Counted from the first letter of the stretch, positions 18,058-28,907 are shown. The stretch: DNA of 64,000 bases from Gammaproteobacteria bacterium (GCA_965243395.1 CBDEUS010000001.1:608001-672000); one strand, 5' to 3'. Translations and numbers: made by a program. The notes: a model not told the origin generated them from the letters alone.

Positions 18058-19695
18058 CTAATAAGTAGCATAAACAGGCTTGGGTAAAGTGCTCACAAGA
18101 TTAGGATCGAGAATAGTATCGATATTTTCTAAAGTTGGATCTGTATCAGGGTAATCTAATGTGTAGTGTAAACCACGGCTTTCTTTTCTTCTCAATGCGC
18201 TACGAATAATCAAATCTGCAACCAGTGTTAAATTTCTTAATTCAATAAGATCACTGCTCACACGGAAGTTACTATAGTATTCGTCAATCTCTGAGGTAAG
18301 CAGATCAACACGATGTTTAGCGCGTTGTAAGCGTTTGTTAGTGCGAACAATCCCAACATAGTCCCACATAAATCTTCGTAATTCATCCCAGTTGTGTGCA
18401 ACTACAATTTCTTCATCCGGTTCGGTTACACGGCTTTCGTCCCAATGTGGAATGTCTACGTCACTACTTACTTTAGGTCCTTTTCTATTAATTAATTCAC
18501 TTGTAGATGAAGCGAATACAAGACATTCTAAGAGCGAATTACTTGCCATGCGATTGGCCCCATGCAAACCAGTGTGAGTGGTTTCACCGATAGCATATAA
18601 GTTTTCAACATCCGTTTGACCTTTTAAATCTGTCATCACGCCACCACATGTGTAATGTGCTGCAGGTACAACTGGAACAGGATCTTTGGCCATGTCATAG
18701 CCAAGCTTTAAGCAACGCGCATAAACATTGGGGAAGTGTTTTTGGATAAAGCTCTTTGGTTTATGACTGATGTCAAGGTATACACAGTCAACGCCCATTT
18801 GTTTCATTTTATAATCTATTGCGCGTGCCACAATATCACGCGGAGCGAGCACACCGCGGGGATCAAACTCATGTGCAAACTCGCTACCATTTGGTAATAG
18901 CAATTTGCCGCCTTCACCGCGAACGGCTTCAGTAATTAAATAAGATTTAGCTGTCGGATGATATAAGCATGTTGGATGGAATTGCATGAACTCCATATTT
19001 GCAACTCGGCAGCCCGCGCGCCAAGCCATAGCAATACCATCACCGGAGGCTCCATCCGGATTGCTGGTATATAAATATACTTTACTTGCGCCACCTGTAG
19101 CTAAAACAATGTGTTTGGCTTTGAAAGTTTTAACTTTATTTTCTTCCGTGTCGAGCACATACGCGCCAACGCACTGATTAGTATTTTTTTTAGCTAAGTG
19201 TTTATGTGTTGTTATTAAATCAATGGCAATATGGTGATCGAATAACTCAATATTGTTTTTCTCTTGAGTATTTTTGATTAAAGCATTTTCTATTGCCCAA
19301 CCCGTTGCATCTGCGGCGTGCACAACTCGGCGGTGGGTATGACCGCCTTCACGCGTAAGATGCAAATATTTTTTTCCGTCTAATCCTGTTTCGTAGGTAA
19401 ATTCAACACCCAGCTCTAACAACCAAGTAATCATTTCTTTACCATGCGAGACAGTATGTAAAACAGCTGATTCATCACAAAGACCAGCACCGGCATCGAG
19501 GGTATCTGCCATGTGTTGTTCTATGGAATCATCGTCGTCCATAACGGCAGAAATTCCCCCTTGTGCCCAGGCAGTACTGCCATCATCAAGTGGACCTTTG
19601 GAAATTACCGCAACGCGATACCCATTATCCAAGCGTAATGCCAGGCTTAAGCCTGCCGCGCCACTACCAATTATTAGAGCATCAAACTCATACAT
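18058..19695 (-). CDS. nadB: L-aspartate oxidase
   Basis: IIGSGAAGL, WAQGGI, REGGH, QFHPT, HYTCGG, HGANRMASNSLLEC, ESRGLHY; real start ATG 19695 (MYEFD), not 20040. Confidence 0.97.
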   Translation of the reverse strand: MYEFDALIIGSGAAGLSLALRLDNGYRVAVISKGPLDDGSTAWAQGGISAVMDDDDSIEQHMADTLDAGAGLCDESAVLHTVSHGKEMITWLLELGVEFTYETGLDGKKYLHLTREGGHTHRRVVHAADATGWAIENALIKNTQEKNNIELFDHHIAIDLITTHKHLAKKNTNQCVGAYVLDTEENKVKTFKAKHIVLATGGASKVYLYTSNPDGASGDGIAMAWRAGCRVANMEFMQFHPTCLYHPTAKSYLITEAVRGEGGKLLLPNGSEFAHEFDPRGVLAPRDIVARAIDYKMKQMGVDCVYLDISHKPKSFIQKHFPNVYARCLKLGYDMAKDPVPVVPAAHYTCGGVMTDLKGQTDVENLYAIGETTHTGLHGANRMASNSLLECLVFASSTSELINRKGPKVSSDVDIPHWDESRVTEPDEEIVVAHNWDELRRFMWDYVGIVRTNKRLQRAKHRVDLLTSEIDEYYSNFRVSSDLIELRNLTLVADLIIRSALRRKESRGLHYTLDYPDTDPTLENIDTILDPNLVSTLPKPVYATY

Positions 19696-19813
19696 ATAAT
19701 GTAAATATAGGCATTTCTTACTTATTCGTCTGACATTGTGGCATATAAGGCGTGATCTGGTTAACAAAATCCTACCACTTAGCGGTAGAATCCATCCCAG
19801 AGTAGGGGAAGTA

Positions 19814-19840
19814 GAACTCTTAACCGATAACATTGTCATA
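19814..19840 (+). promoter_or_regulatory. Candidate sigmaE-dependent autoregulatory promoter of rpoE
   Basis: GAACTC-N16-TCATA resembles the sigmaE/AlgU consensus GAACTT-N16-TCnnA. Confidence 0.55.
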
Positions 19841-19886
19841 CAGCTACGGATAGTTAAAAATCCGTACTTACAGGAGTTTAGCCCTG

Positions 19887-20462
19887 ATGGGCGAGAATAA
19901 TAACGATAAGGAGCTTGTGAAGCGGGCTCAAAAGGGGGACAAAGTAGCGTTTGATACGCTGGTAACCAAATATCACTTAAAGGTAGTGAATTTGGTGACT
20001 CGCTTCGTGAAAGATGCTGATGATGCTCAAGATGTTGCACAGGAAGCTTTCATTAAGGCATACCGCGGTCTTAAAAATTTTCGAGGCGACAGCGCTTTCT
20101 ATACATGGTTGTATAGAATTGCGATTAACTCTGCGAAGAACTATTTAGTGTCGCAGAGTCGGAAGACACCTGCATTTGCAGTAGATGTTGATGATGCTGA
20201 ACACATGGAATCAGCAACTAATTTGAAAGAGTATGACACGCCAGAAGGCAACATGCTCACAAATGAAATTGAAGAGACAGTTTATAAAGCGATCAAGGAG
20301 TTGCCAGAAGATTTGAAAACTGCAATAACATTACGCGAGTTAGAAGGCATGACTTATGATGAGATTGCAAATGTAATGGAATGTCCAATTGGAACTGTGA
20401 GATCAAGGATATTTCGCGCACGAGAAGCAATCGATAAACACCTTAAACCGCTATTAAGTTAA
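19887..20462 (+). CDS. rpoE: RNA polymerase sigma factor RpoE (AlgU)
   Basis: DVAQEAFIKAYR, FRGDSAFYTWLYRIAIN, CPIGTVRSRIFRAREAI. Confidence 0.97.
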   Translation: MGENNNDKELVKRAQKGDKVAFDTLVTKYHLKVVNLVTRFVKDADDAQDVAQEAFIKAYRGLKNFRGDSAFYTWLYRIAINSAKNYLVSQSRKTPAFAVDVDDAEHMESATNLKEYDTPEGNMLTNEIEETVYKAIKELPEDLKTAITLRELEGMTYDEIANVMECPIGTVRSRIFRAREAIDKHLKPLLS

Positions 20463-20502
20463 ATGAGGCTGTTAATCTTGTATTACAAGGAATGAATTAA
20501 AC

Positions 20503-21078
20503 ATGAAGGAAACAAATCAAGAGTTATTATCAAAAATATTAGATGAAGATATTTCTGAGTTTGAAGCGCAACGCATCTTGAAAGAAATAAAAACGGACGA
20601 TGAGCTTCGTTCGACATTGCAACGTTATGACTTGATTGGTCATGTAATGCGTAAAGAATTGCCTAAAGGATATAACCAAAACTTTGTGCATAATGTAATG
20701 AGTCAACTCGAACGAGAAGAAATGGATGCACCTGATCCAGAGTTAAATGAAGTTAATACAGAAAGTAAATTTAAAACATTTATTGGTCTAGCCATCGCTG
20801 CATCCGTTGCCGTATTTTCATTTATTGCCTTCCAAAATTTTTTACAGCCAGAGACTGACACTAAACCACCAGCAATTGTTGCTGATCGTGTGGTTGAAGA
20901 AAGTGATATACAGCGTGTAAGCAGTGAAGATTTGCAAAATTTTATATCTAATCCTGAAGCTGCCGCGAGTTTCAATAGTTATATAATGAATCATGCTGAA
21001 TATGCGTCACCACGTGTTTCCGTTCCACATGTGAGAATTGTAGGATACGGAAAAGATGAAATAGAAAAAAACAATTAA
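20503..21078 (+). CDS. rseA: Anti-sigma factor RseA/MucA
   Basis: LSKILDED, RYDLIGHVMR, TM LAIAASVAV, YIMNH; follows rpoE. Confidence 0.88.
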   Translation: MKETNQELLSKILDEDISEFEAQRILKEIKTDDELRSTLQRYDLIGHVMRKELPKGYNQNFVHNVMSQLEREEMDAPDPELNEVNTESKFKTFIGLAIAASVAVFSFIAFQNFLQPETDTKPPAIVADRVVEESDIQRVSSEDLQNFISNPEAAASFNSYIMNHAEYASPRVSVPHVRIVGYGKDEIEKNN

Positions 21079-21085
21079 GCTGCTA

Positions 21086-22066
21086 ATGAATTTATTTCGA
21101 CTGCCCATAATTCTTTTAATTACGTGCAGCCTTTCTCTTGCATCAGTTTCTATTTTTGCTGAAGAGAACAGTCTTCAGCATATACTTGGAAAAATGAATC
21201 AAACTCTAGAGAGAGGAAATTACGAAGGTACATTTGTATTCATGCACAATGGCAATGTTGAAACCATGCGTATCGTACATGGCTATTCTGAAAATGGAGT
21301 GCGTGAAAAACTAGTTTCTCTCACTGGTGATGCACGGGAAGTGATACGTGATCAAGATATATTAACTTGTATTTGGCCGCGCGATAAACTTGTAGTGATC
21401 GAAACGGCAAGCACTACCCATGGTTTACCATCATCTTTGCCTACAGATCTAAATGATTTAGCCTTTCATTACAAATTGACAGAAGTTGGGCAAGCAAGGA
21501 TAGCGGGTCATGATTGTATGATTGTTCGTTTTGAACCTCTCGATGAGTTTCGTTATGGGCATGAATTGTGTGTAGAAGCTCAACAAGGAATGCTTTTGGA
21601 GTCAAAAACGTTTGATACTTCAGGTAAGACTATAGAGAAAATGATGTTTACTAGTTTTCGTATGCGTGATTCGGCTCCTGAAAAGCTATTCGAACCTAGT
21701 GTTGAATTAAATGATTACACCTGGAAAACAGCAAGCGTTGAATTAAATGGTGAACTACAGCCCGACCAAGCATGGAAAATAGAAAATCTTCCGCCAGGAT
21801 TTTCGCTTCAGAGTGTTTCTCGCAGATTGATGAGTGCGAGTAATAATCCGGTACAACATATGGTTTTAACAGATGGCTTAGCTTCGGTGTCGGTATTCAT
21901 TAGTAAAGTTGATAATCCTGAACAGGTTTATAAAGGTGCGCATAAACAGGGTGTGATTAACGCGTATGCAAGAGATCTTAATCAACATCAAATAACGGTG
22001 GTTGGCGAAGTGCCTGAGGGAACAGTTAAAATGATTGGCACGTCGGTATTTTATTCGAATCCTTAA
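21086..22066 (+). CDS. rseB: Periplasmic negative regulator RseB/MucB
   Basis: Signal peptide; NYEGTFV, LPPGF, TDGLASVSVFI, ITVVGEVP. Confidence 0.93.
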   Translation: MNLFRLPIILLITCSLSLASVSIFAEENSLQHILGKMNQTLERGNYEGTFVFMHNGNVETMRIVHGYSENGVREKLVSLTGDAREVIRDQDILTCIWPRDKLVVIETASTTHGLPSSLPTDLNDLAFHYKLTEVGQARIAGHDCMIVRFEPLDEFRYGHELCVEAQQGMLLESKTFDTSGKTIEKMMFTSFRMRDSAPEKLFEPSVELNDYTWKTASVELNGELQPDQAWKIENLPPGFSLQSVSRRLMSASNNPVQHMVLTDGLASVSVFISKVDNPEQVYKGAHKQGVINAYARDLNQHQITVVGEVPEGTVKMIGTSVFYSNP

Positions 22067-22201
22067 AAAATAATAAAAATTATATTTATATTAAACTTTT
22101 TGCTTTTTTTAAATGTCTATCTAGACATTGCTAACATGTGATCATGTTAGTGAAAGACTTCGTTATTAAAAGTAAATCACTAGCCAGAATGGAGTGAGGG
22201 T

Positions 22202-23638
22202 ATGAAGAATAGGAATGTTTTTGCTAGTTTATTAATTAGTTTTGCAATTCTAGTAACTTTAACAGTAAATAACGCAGCTGCACGGTATAACCTACCTGAT
22301 TTCACTGAACTAGTTGAAGAACATGCTGATGCAGTTGTTAATATTAGCACGAGCAAACAAACAGAAGTTAGACGGGGTTTGCCGCCAGGGATGGATATAC
22401 CCGAGTTACCGGAGGGCAGCCCATTTGGTGATTTATTTGAAAAGTTTTTTGGTGAACATGGCGGCAATGGTGAAGAGTTTTTCAATTCACGCTCATTAGG
22501 CTCAGGTTTTATTATTTCGCAAGACGGATATGTGATAACAAATCACCATGTTGTTAAGGGTGCCGATGAAATTATTGTTAAACTTAGCGATCGTAGACAA
22601 TTAGTAGCTGAAATCATCGGCAGTGATCCCCGCAGTGATATCGCTTTACTTAAACTTGAAGGAAATGATTTTCCAAGCGTCAAACTTGGTGACTCAGATG
22701 CAATAAAAGTTGGGCAGTGGGTCTTAGCTATTGGTTCTCCATTTGGGTTTGATGCATCCGTGACTGCTGGAATTGTTAGTGCTAAGGGTAGAAGTCTTCC
22801 AAGCGAAAACTATGTTCCTTTTATTCAAACTGACGTGGCGATCAATCCTGGAAATTCTGGTGGACCATTGTTTGATTTAGATGGCAAAGTTGTAGGAATT
22901 AATTCGCAAATTTACACCCGTTCTGGTGGTTTTATGGGTCTTTCATTTGCAATTCCAATTGAAGATGCTATGGATGTTGTTGAACAACTGAAAACGCATG
23001 GATATGTATCGCGCGGATGGTTAGGTGTTTATATCCAGGAAGTGACACGTGAATTAGCGGAATCATTTGGAATGGAAAAACCAACAGGGGCTTTGGTTGC
23101 AAAAATTCTGGAAGATAGTCCTGCCCAGGATACGGATATACAAATTGGCGATATTATTCTTGATTATAATGGAAAAGAAGTTAAGAACTCCGCCTCACTC
23201 CCGCCTATGGTAGGACGCACACGTGTAGGTGAAGTTGTTAAATTAAAAATAATGCGCGATGGAAAAACTAAAACGGTTAAGTTAAAAATTGGGCAATTGC
23301 CAGAGAAAGGGCAAACGTTAGCAGGAAAGAAAGACCTTAAAGACGAGACTGAAGATACTGTTTTTGGCTTGTCTTTACGTCCATTAACTGAAGAAGAGAT
23401 GGAAAATCTGGAACTAGAAAATAATGGGCTATTAGTACTTGATGTGCTAAACGGAGCAGCAAAATCCGCAGGTATACGCAAAGGTGATGTGATTCAGATG
23501 ATCAATGGTGAACCGGTAGACAGTGTAAAAGCGTTTAGCAAGCTCATCGATGATCTTCCAGAAGGAAAATTTGTTTCTATGCTAGTACAACGCTCACATG
23601 GCCCGGAGTTTTTAGCGATGAGAATTCCAGAAAAGTAG
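22202..23638 (+). CDS. mucD: DegP/MucD-type periplasmic serine protease with two PDZ domains
   Basis: TNHHVV, SDIALL, INPGNSGGPL catalytic triad; rpoE-rseAB-mucD-lepA synteny. Confidence 0.9.
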   Translation: MKNRNVFASLLISFAILVTLTVNNAAARYNLPDFTELVEEHADAVVNISTSKQTEVRRGLPPGMDIPELPEGSPFGDLFEKFFGEHGGNGEEFFNSRSLGSGFIISQDGYVITNHHVVKGADEIIVKLSDRRQLVAEIIGSDPRSDIALLKLEGNDFPSVKLGDSDAIKVGQWVLAIGSPFGFDASVTAGIVSAKGRSLPSENYVPFIQTDVAINPGNSGGPLFDLDGKVVGINSQIYTRSGGFMGLSFAIPIEDAMDVVEQLKTHGYVSRGWLGVYIQEVTRELAESFGMEKPTGALVAKILEDSPAQDTDIQIGDIILDYNGKEVKNSASLPPMVGRTRVGEVVKLKIMRDGKTKTVKLKIGQLPEKGQTLAGKKDLKDETEDTVFGLSLRPLTEEEMENLELENNGLLVLDVLNGAAKSAGIRKGDVIQMINGEPVDSVKAFSKLIDDLPEGKFVSMLVQRSHGPEFLAMRIPEK

Positions 23639-23778
23639 CTTGCTCTAAAGGGATAAGTTACAAGGAAAAGTTAGTAATAACGATTGAAAATAAGCGATAA
23701 TCAGGCCTGCTCGATTAACTAAATAGAAGACTGACAGGCCTAGAGGGGAACTTCATAAAGTATTCCCTAAAATATTTT

Positions 23779-25569
23779 ATGAAGCACATTCGCAACTTTT
23801 CTATTATTGCGCATATTGACCACGGAAAATCTACCTTAGCGGATCGTTTTATCCAGCATTGTGGCGGCTTGTCTGAGCGTGAGATGAGCGAGCAAGTATT
23901 GGATTCAATGGATCTTGAACGTGAACGTGGTATCACCATCAAAGCTCAAAGTGTTTCTTTGCAATATAAGGCAAGCGATGGCGAAACATACCAACTCAAT
24001 ATAATTGATACCCCTGGGCATGTTGATTTTTCATATGAGGTTTCACGTTCTTTGGCTGCTTGTGAAGGTGCATTATTGGTAGTAGATGCCTCACAAGGGG
24101 TGGAAGCCCAAAGTGTGGCAAATTGCTACACAGCTATTGACCTCGGTTTAGAAATTCTTCCTGTTTTAAATAAAATGGATTTAGCGTCTGCAGATCCTGA
24201 TCGTGTTGCTGAAGAAATTGAAGAAGTAATTGGAATTGATGCAACGGATCCTTTACTTGTAAGTGCAAAAACAGGATTGGGTGTTGAAGATACGCTTGAT
24301 GCAATCATAAAACATTTTCCAGCTCCAGGCGGAGATGAAAATGCTCCGCTGAAAGCTTTAATTGTTGATTCATGGTTTGATAGTTATGTAGGTGTTATTT
24401 CTCTAGTACGTGTGATGGATGGTGAAATAAAACCGAAGCAAAAAGTCACTGCCATCTCATCAGGTCGAAGTTATCAAGTTGAAAAAGTTGGAATTTTTAC
24501 ACCCAAACGTACTGAAAGTGAAAGTTTAAAAACTGGTCAGGTTGGTTACATAATTTGTGGTATCAAAGATATTAATGCTGCAAAAGTTGGTGATACGTTT
24601 ACCAGTACGTCAAATTCAGCAGAACAAGCCTTAGAAGGATTTAAAGAAGTACAGCCAAATGTTTTTGCGGGCATGTTCCCAGTAAGTTCAGATGATTATG
24701 AATCATTTCGCGATGCACTGGATAAGTTAAGTTTAAACGATGCCGCATTTAGTTATGAACCGGAAACATCTGATGCTCTTGGGTTCGGTTTCCGTTGCGG
24801 TTTTCTCGGAATGTTGCATATGGAAATCGTTCAAGAACGTTTGGAGCGTGAGTACAGTTTAGATCTCATAACGACTGCACCAACTGTTATCTATGAAGTG
24901 CATAAAAATGATGGTGAAGTTCTGCAAATACATAACCCATCAGATTTACCTGAAACCAGTAAAATAAAAGAAATACGTGAACCTATTATTCATGCTTCGA
25001 TATTAGTGCCACATGATTATGTAGGTAATGTAATTACTTTATGTATTGAGAAACGAGGTGTACAGAAGAATCTTACATATCATGGAAATCAAGTATCAAT
25101 TAATTTCGAAATACCGCTAAGTGAAGTCGTTTTAGACTTTTTTGATAAATTAAAATCAGTGAGCAGAGGTTACGCATCATTTGATTATTATCAGTCCAAA
25201 TTTGAAGGCGCACCATTAGTTAAGCTGGATATTTTGATTAATGGTGAGCGAGTAGATGCTTTATCTGTAATCGTACACAAAGAACAAGCTGCAAATTACG
25301 GTAGAGACTTGGCAGTAAAAATGAAAGATATCATTCCAAGGCAGATGTATGATGTTGCTATTCAAGCTGCGATCGGATCAAAAATTATTGCAAGAACCAC
25401 TACAAAAGCGTTGCGTAAAAATGTAACTGCAAAATGTTATGGCGGTGATGTAACTAGAAAGAAAAAGCTGTTAGAAAAACAAAAAGCTGGGAAAAAGCGC
25501 ATGAAGCAAATTGGTAAAGTTGAAATTCCGCAAGAAGCTTTTTTAGCAGTATTGCGCGTAGAGAAATAA
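23779..25569 (+). CDS. lepA: Elongation factor 4
   Basis: [49 protein letters not shown]. Confidence 0.98.
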   Translation: MKHIRNFSIIAHIDHGKSTLADRFIQHCGGLSEREMSEQVLDSMDLERERGITIKAQSVSLQYKASDGETYQLNIIDTPGHVDFSYEVSRSLAACEGALLVVDASQGVEAQSVANCYTAIDLGLEILPVLNKMDLASADPDRVAEEIEEVIGIDATDPLLVSAKTGLGVEDTLDAIIKHFPAPGGDENAPLKALIVDSWFDSYVGVISLVRVMDGEIKPKQKVTAISSGRSYQVEKVGIFTPKRTESESLKTGQVGYIICGIKDINAAKVGDTFTSTSNSAEQALEGFKEVQPNVFAGMFPVSSDDYESFRDALDKLSLNDAAFSYEPETSDALGFGFRCGFLGMLHMEIVQERLEREYSLDLITTAPTVIYEVHKNDGEVLQIHNPSDLPETSKIKEIREPIIHASILVPHDYVGNVITLCIEKRGVQKNLTYHGNQVSINFEIPLSEVVLDFFDKLKSVSRGYASFDYYQSKFEGAPLVKLDILINGERVDALSVIVHKEQAANYGRDLAVKMKDIIPRQMYDVAIQAAIGSKIIARTTTKALRKNVTAKCYGGDVTRKKKLLEKQKAGKKRMKQIGKVEIPQEAFLAVLRVEK

Positions 25570-25580
25570 GTAACCAATTT

Positions 25581-26498
25581 ATGAATCTTAAAGGAATAAT
25601 AATATGTTTGATGCTTGTTACATATGCATCGGTATCGAACGCAGATTTCCTTAAGGTTACTTTATTGGGCACCGGAAGCCCCAGGCCCAGTGTTGATCGT
25701 TATGGCCCAGCTGTATTGGTAGAAGTGGGCGGTAAAAATTTGTTGTTTGATACAGGTAGGGGCGTAGTGCAGCGATTACGAATGCTCGATGTGTCTATTT
25801 CAGGCATTCAGCAGGTCTTTTTTACCCATCTCCATTCCGATCACATTTCTGCTTTAGACGATGTTTGGCTCACAGGCTGGATTTATCAACGTAAAAATCC
25901 ATTACATGTTTATGGTCCGGATGGTACCCAGTCATTCGTAAAGAATATGCAACAAGCATATGAGTTTGATGCAAATCTACGTCATCAATATGCAGGTTTA
26001 GAATCTAATGCTGCAAAAGTGGTTGCGACGAATATAAAACCTGGTGTGATTTTTTCAGAAAATGGAGTCAAGGTAACTGCATTTTTAGTAGATCATAAAC
26101 CTGTTGACCCGGCATATGGGTATCGAATAGATTTTGGTGATCGCTCCGTCGTAATTTCTGGTGATACAACTTATTCACAGAGTTTAGTCGATCATTCTAT
26201 GGGGGTTGATTTATTGGTACATGAAATTATTGCAATAAAAAATGAAATTCTTGATAAAAATCCCCGTTTGCAGAAAATCGAACGCTATCATACTGACCCG
26301 AAGCAACTGATTAAGGTATTAAATGCAGTAAAACCGCGTGTTGCTGTCATGACGCATGTGATAGTGGTTGGAATATCTGAAGACGAAGTGGTTGAACAAA
26401 TAAATAACAGCTATGAAGGTGAGATATATATGGGTGAAGATTTAATGAGTTTCGAAATTGGCAGTAGTATAAAAGTGATACCATACTCAAAAAATTAA
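25581..26498 (+). CDS. Secreted metallo-beta-lactamase-fold hydrolase (RNase Z / type III sulfatase family)
   Basis: Signal peptide; LLGTGSP, THLHSDH, VDHKPV, SGDT, HE, YHT, MTH. Confidence 0.82.
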   Translation: MNLKGIIICLMLVTYASVSNADFLKVTLLGTGSPRPSVDRYGPAVLVEVGGKNLLFDTGRGVVQRLRMLDVSISGIQQVFFTHLHSDHISALDDVWLTGWIYQRKNPLHVYGPDGTQSFVKNMQQAYEFDANLRHQYAGLESNAAKVVATNIKPGVIFSENGVKVTAFLVDHKPVDPAYGYRIDFGDRSVVISGDTTYSQSLVDHSMGVDLLVHEIIAIKNEILDKNPRLQKIERYHTDPKQLIKVLNAVKPRVAVMTHVIVVGISEDEVVEQINNSYEGEIYMGEDLMSFEIGSSIKVIPYSKN

Positions 26499-26508
26499 TT
26501 TACAACTT

Positions 26509-27327
26509 ATGCAGCTTGATTATTCAAAACCATTATTGATGGGTGTGTTAAATGTCACCCCAGATAGCTTTTCTGATGGGGGCATGTATCCTTCATCCAA
26601 AGATGCAATTACACGTGGATTGGAAATGGTTGAGCAGGGCGCCGATATTATCGATATTGGTGGGGAGTCAACACGGCCGGGAGCAGAACGAATTGATGCT
26701 ACCGAACAAAAACGCAGAGTACTGGATGTAATCGCAGGCTTACGCAAAGAACTTGCCGATACGATTCATATCAGTATCGATACGACACTTTCTGAAGTGG
26801 CTGCTGCGGCACTTGATTCAGGTGCAACGATGCTAAATGATGTCAGTGCGGGTGCTGAAGATGAGGCGATGTTAAATCTTGCGGCTGATGTAAGTGTTCC
26901 AATATGTTTAATGCATATGCAAGGTGAGCCGGGCACAATGCAGGATAATCCAAGCTATGATGATGTCACGCGTGAAGTAGCAGATTATTTACGCCAGCGA
27001 GCTCATTATGCTGAAAGTATAGGTATAAAAAAAGAAAATATTATTCTTGATCCGGGGATTGGTTTTGGTAAGCGTACTCAGCATAATCTTGAATTATTGC
27101 GTAATCTAGAAAATATTGTTGAGATTGGTTATCCCGTGTTGCTTGGAACTAGTCGCAAGCGATTTATGGGCGAACTTGCGCGAGAGGATGACCCGCGAAA
27201 AAGAATGCCTGCTACCTGCGCAACAACCGCTTTAGGTGTTGTTGCGGGGGCAAAAATTTTTCGTGTCCACGATGTTTGGCAAAATCGCCAGGCATTAGAT
27301 GTTACTTGGGGAATTTATAATAGTTAA
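26509..27327 (+). CDS. folP: Dihydropteroate synthase
   Basis: MGVLNVTPDSFSDGG, IGGESTRPGA, LDPGIGFGK, SRKRF, RVHDV. Confidence 0.96.
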   Translation: MQLDYSKPLLMGVLNVTPDSFSDGGMYPSSKDAITRGLEMVEQGADIIDIGGESTRPGAERIDATEQKRRVLDVIAGLRKELADTIHISIDTTLSEVAAAALDSGATMLNDVSAGAEDEAMLNLAADVSVPICLMHMQGEPGTMQDNPSYDDVTREVADYLRQRAHYAESIGIKKENIILDPGIGFGKRTQHNLELLRNLENIVEIGYPVLLGTSRKRFMGELAREDDPRKRMPATCATTALGVVAGAKIFRVHDVWQNRQALDVTWGIYNS

Positions 27328-27587
27328 TTTTTTGATTTGTTTTGAAGTTTTAGTACAGTTTTTTCTTTTTGGTTGTGGCTTAAACGCTTAATTTCAATTT
27401 CTCGAATAGTAGCGCTGCTGCGAGTATGTCCACCTTCGCTATATACAACTCTTAATGGTTTGCGACTTGAAAAAAATTTAGCGCCCCTACCATTGAGATG
27501 TTGTTTAAATCGTCTTTCCACATCAGTGGAGATGCCAGTGTAGTAATAATGATCTTCAGTTTCGATTATGTACACATACCAATTCAT
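27324..27587 (-). CDS. Small GIY-YIG nuclease family protein (YhbQ-like)
   Basis: WYVYII...YYTGISTDVERRFKQH..GRGAKF, RE..IKRL. Confidence 0.88.
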   Translation of the reverse strand: MNWYVYIIETEDHYYYTGISTDVERRFKQHLNGRGAKFFSSRKPLRVVYSEGGHTRSSATIREIEIKRLSHNQKEKTVLKLQNKSKN

Positions 27588-27590
27588 AGA

Positions 27591-28229
27591 TTATTCAATT
27601 GTTTGCAATTTTTGATCTAATACGGGCCATACATTTTCAAGAATAATTTTTTGAGCCTCTGCAGTTGGGTGTAAACCATCTTTTTGCATATAATCTATTT
27701 TTAGCGCAACACCATCTAAAATAAAGGGAACGAATGGAATATCATAATCAGTTGCAAGATCCGTAAAGACCTGCTCAAAGCTCTGTGTATATTTTTGCCC
27801 ATAGTTGGGAGGTAGTTTTATTCCCAACAATAACGAGGAACCTACTTCATTACATAAATTTAATATTTGGTCCAGATGCTGCTTCATAAGTTGTGTTGAC
27901 TGACCGCGTAAGCCATTGTTTGCCCCTAATTCAATAATGCATAGTACAGGCTCATGGGTTTCTAATAAATTAGGTAGGCGGGCTAATCCACCTGCGGTAG
28001 TCTCACCACTTACTGATGCGTTAACAACATGCCACTTATTATCTTTTGGATACTTCTCATTTATGCGTTGTTGTAATAAATTTACCCAACCATGTTCGAT
28101 ATCTATCCCATATGCAGCACTTAAGCTGTCCCCAAGAACCAGGATCGTGTTCTCGCGTACATTTTCGTTGGCATAACAATAAGTGAAGCTAACAATATAA
28201 ATAAGAAATACAAAACGGAGTAATATCAT
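27591..28229 (-). CDS. tesA: Arylesterase / acyl-CoA thioesterase I (SGNH)
   Basis: GDSLSAAYG, NASVSGETT, ELGANNGLRG, DGLHP. Confidence 0.93.
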   Translation of the reverse strand: MILLRFVFLIYIVSFTYCYANENVRENTILVLGDSLSAAYGIDIEHGWVNLLQQRINEKYPKDNKWHVVNASVSGETTAGGLARLPNLLETHEPVLCIIELGANNGLRGQSTQLMKQHLDQILNLCNEVGSSLLLGIKLPPNYGQKYTQSFEQVFTDLATDYDIPFVPFILDGVALKIDYMQKDGLHPTAEAQKIILENVWPVLDQKLQTIE

Positions 28230-28905
28230 TTCAGTAACAAGTGTAATTAGTTGTAGTCAGGTTAGTAAAGTTGTCGAATCAGAGGAAGGGCCAATTTCAA
28301 TTCTTGAAGAAATTAACCTTCAAGTCAACGAGGCACAAACTGTCGCAGTAGTAGGGCAATCCGGTTCTGGTAAAACAACCTTGTTAAGTTTATTAGCAGG
28401 ACTAGATATTCCGACCACAGGAAGTATCGAATTGTTCCGACAAACGATTGAAAAACTAAGTGAAGATGAACGTGCAGCGTTACGTAATCAGTATATTGGC
28501 TTTGTTTTTCAAGCTTTTCATTTGGTGCCAGGTTTTACAGCACTAGAAAATGTTATGTTGCCATTAGAAATTAATGACAATAAACAATCAAAAGATATAG
28601 CTAGCACTTTATTAGATCGTGTAGGAATGGAGCATCGAACAAATCATTTTCCAACAACATTATCAGGTGGTGAGCAACAACGTGTTGCCATTGCGCGAGC
28701 GTTTGCCACGACACCGCCTTTATTGTTAGCAGATGAGCCTACTGGCAATTTAGATGCTAATACTGGTAAAAAAATTATTGATTTATTATTTGAATTGAAT
28801 GAAGAAAAAGGTACAGCATTAGTATTGGTTACACACGACCCATCATTAACGGAAAGATGTGATCGCTGTTTTAATTTAGAGTATGGCAAACTAGTTGAGC
28901 TCTAA
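28228..28905 (+). CDS. ybbA: ABC ATP-binding protein YbbA; probable ATT start
   Basis: Walker A GQSGSGKTT lies upstream of the track start (28381); in-frame TAA at 28198-28200; GGAG 28217-28220 is 7 nt before ATT 28228; LSGGEQQR, ADEPTGNLD. Confidence 0.88.
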   Translation: MSVTSVISCSQVSKVVESEEGPISILEEINLQVNEAQTVAVVGQSGSGKTTLLSLLAGLDIPTTGSIELFRQTIEKLSEDERAALRNQYIGFVFQAFHLVPGFTALENVMLPLEINDNKQSKDIASTLLDRVGMEHRTNHFPTTLSGGEQQRVAIARAFATTPPLLLADEPTGNLDANTGKKIIDLLFELNEEKGTALVLVTHDPSLTERCDRCFNLEYGKLVEL

Positions 28906-28907
28906 GT

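Noticed and set aside
19696-20040. 115-aa N-terminal extension of NadB overlapping rpoE on the opposite strand
   Set aside because: Homology begins at MYEFDALIIGSG (ATG 19695); the extension is antisense read-through of rpoE and its promoter.
27324-27587. GIY-YIG gene as a homing endonuclease or mobile element
   Set aside because: It is the short stand-alone YhbQ-type protein; no intron, terminal repeats or target duplication seen.
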